Shown here piece by piece: positions 62,657 to 64,000 of a stretch of 64,000 nucleotides of DNA. Location of the stretch: NCBI GenBank assembly GCA_003278895.1, contig QCCO01000002.1, positions 107,205 through 171,204 of the forward strand. Direction: 5' to 3'. Positions within the stretch are counted from its first letter, which is position 1, and the number at the start of each line of letters is the position of its first letter. The notes beneath the pieces are model-generated. The model had not been told where the DNA came from. It saw only the letters and a program-made list of their open reading frames with translations, and did not search any database. The stretch is from Prochlorococcus sp. AG-347-L19 (GTDB lineage Bacteria; Cyanobacteriota; Cyanobacteriia; PCC-6307; Cyanobiaceae). The position numbers and the translations under genes were made by a program.

Positions 62657-63716
62657 AAAGTTTAACTTTAAATCTTTATTAATATTAAATACCTTTGCTT
62701 TAATAGCAACCTCATATCTTTTTAATAATTTTATTTTTATCGGAGTTTTTGCGTTATTTTTTTTTATTTCTTTATTCGCAACCAAAAATGGTCTAAAAAT
62801 AATCAAAAAATTGAAGTTACTTCAAAATATAAGAACTGAAGGTCCTTCTAATCACTACAAAAAAAGTGATACTCCAACAATGGGTGGGATTTGCTTGATA
62901 ATCCCTTTTTTAATTTTTCTTTTGATAATCACTATAAATTTAGGATCCCTCAAATTAATTTTCTTATTACTGACTATTTTTGGTTTCTTTATTACAGGTT
63001 TTTTAGATGATTATTTAAGTATTAAAAACAAAGAAAATAGAGGGTTAAAAACAAAAGAGAAATTTCTCTTACAAAGTGTTATCTCTGTAATTTTTATATT
63101 GTTATCCTATGAAAAAAATTTAATCAATCCATTAATAACAGTATCTGACTCCTGGGGGATAAATACGGGCATTTTCATATTACCAATTTCTTTTTTAGTA
63201 TTAGTGGGCATAAGTAATTCAGTAAACTTGACTGATGGACTAGATGGATTAGCAGCTGGATGCAGTGGGATTGTCTTTTATGGATTAGGAACAGAAATAT
63301 TAATGAAAGAACAGCAAGAACTTATTGTTTTTAGCATCTTATGTTTTTCAATGTCCGGTATATGCTTAGGATTTCTCCAGTACAATAGTTATCCTGCAAA
63401 AATATTTATGGGTGACACAGGATCTCTAAGTATTGGTGCAATTCTAGGTTCTATAGCAATATTAACCAATAGCGTTTTTAGCTTATCCATTTTCTCAGGA
63501 ATATTTATTATTGAATCACTATCAGTAATGATTCAAGTAGGGTTTTTTAAAATTACAAAAAAATTATTTAATAGAGGTAAACGCATATTTTTAATGACTC
63601 CACTGCACCACCATTTTGAACTAAAAGGAGTTAAGGAACAAAAAATAGTTGAAAATTTTTGGAAAATCAACATTTTACTCGTAATTTTAGGTATAGTTTT
63701 AAAAATCAATATTTAA
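62640..63716 (+). CDS. mraY: phospho-N-acetylmuramoyl-pentapeptide transferase (start at ATG 62640 preferred)
   Basis: TPTMGG, GFLDDY, NSVNLTDGLDGL, FMGDTGSL, PLHHHFEL. Confidence 0.96.
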   Translation: MIGKIKKFNFKSLLILNTFALIATSYLFNNFIFIGVFALFFFISLFATKNGLKIIKKLKLLQNIRTEGPSNHYKKSDTPTMGGICLIIPFLIFLLIITINLGSLKLIFLLLTIFGFFITGFLDDYLSIKNKENRGLKTKEKFLLQSVISVIFILLSYEKNLINPLITVSDSWGINTGIFILPISFLVLVGISNSVNLTDGLDGLAAGCSGIVFYGLGTEILMKEQQELIVFSILCFSMSGICLGFLQYNSYPAKIFMGDTGSLSIGAILGSIAILTNSVFSLSIFSGIFIIESLSVMIQVGFFKITKKLFNRGKRIFLMTPLHHHFELKGVKEQKIVENFWKINILLVILGIVLKINI

Positions 63717-63726
63717 AAAATTTGTT

Positions 63727-63972
63727 ATGAATTTTTTTACGTGGAAAGATAATGGACTAACGAGTGACTGCTCAAGTCTTGATGCAATGGCATCAAGATT
63801 TGAAGAAACTGCTAATTTAATGAAAAAACTATCCAAGAAGGGCTTCAAACTAAAGAAAACTCAAAATAATCAACTCATTCTTCACCCTGATCCTGAGGTA
63901 TTTGATCAATGGGGTTTTATAAGTGAAGAACTTCCTTTTAAACAACTTTGTTTAATGTCAGATGAAGAATAA
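63727..63972 (+). CDS. hypothetical protein
   Basis: 81-aa ATG ORF 10 nt after mraY on the same strand. Confidence 0.7.
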   Translation: MNFFTWKDNGLTSDCSSLDAMASRFEETANLMKKLSKKGFKLKKTQNNQLILHPDPEVFDQWGFISEELPFKQLCLMSDEE

Positions 63973-64000
63973 CTTTTTGAAGTTGAAAATTCTTCTGTAA

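Overview
AT-rich, gene-dense core-genome segment of a marine picocyanobacterium. Gene content, compactness and AT bias point to high-light Prochlorococcus marinus (inference). It holds about 55 protein genes and one tRNA-Val(TAC). In order: dapA/asd, tig-clpP-clpX-dnaX, mgdA-like glycosyltransferase and spoIID-like gene, rpmI-rplT-ycf37-thiG, sqdB-sqdX, HTH-like gene/ynbB-like gene/gcvH/gcvP, desC-rplI-dnaB-mnmG-ubiC-like, SprT-like protease, ATP-dependent DNA ligase, valS, mazG-speE-speB-gcvT-aspS-pyrG-queE-queC-pabB-pabC, cobA, MFS-ppk1, a group-2 sigma factor, aroG, acnB, clc, purU, dnaK, aroE, rpsF, argG and mraY. I see no integrase, transposase, CRISPR array, rRNA or defence island, and no clearly novel system. 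The best leads are modest. (1) An ATP-dependent ligase flanked by an SprT-like protease and unknown genes. (2) An uncharacterised Cro/XRE-like HTH gene heading the ynbB-gcvH-gcvP unit, divergent from desC, with two inverted repeats between them. (3) A probable CTG start for the ubiC-like gene, in frame with mnmG. (4) An unlisted 50-aa ORF. (5) A 9-bp repeat tail on trigger factor. (6) Regulatory motifs at dnaK. All calls come from reading motifs by eye; no searches were run.
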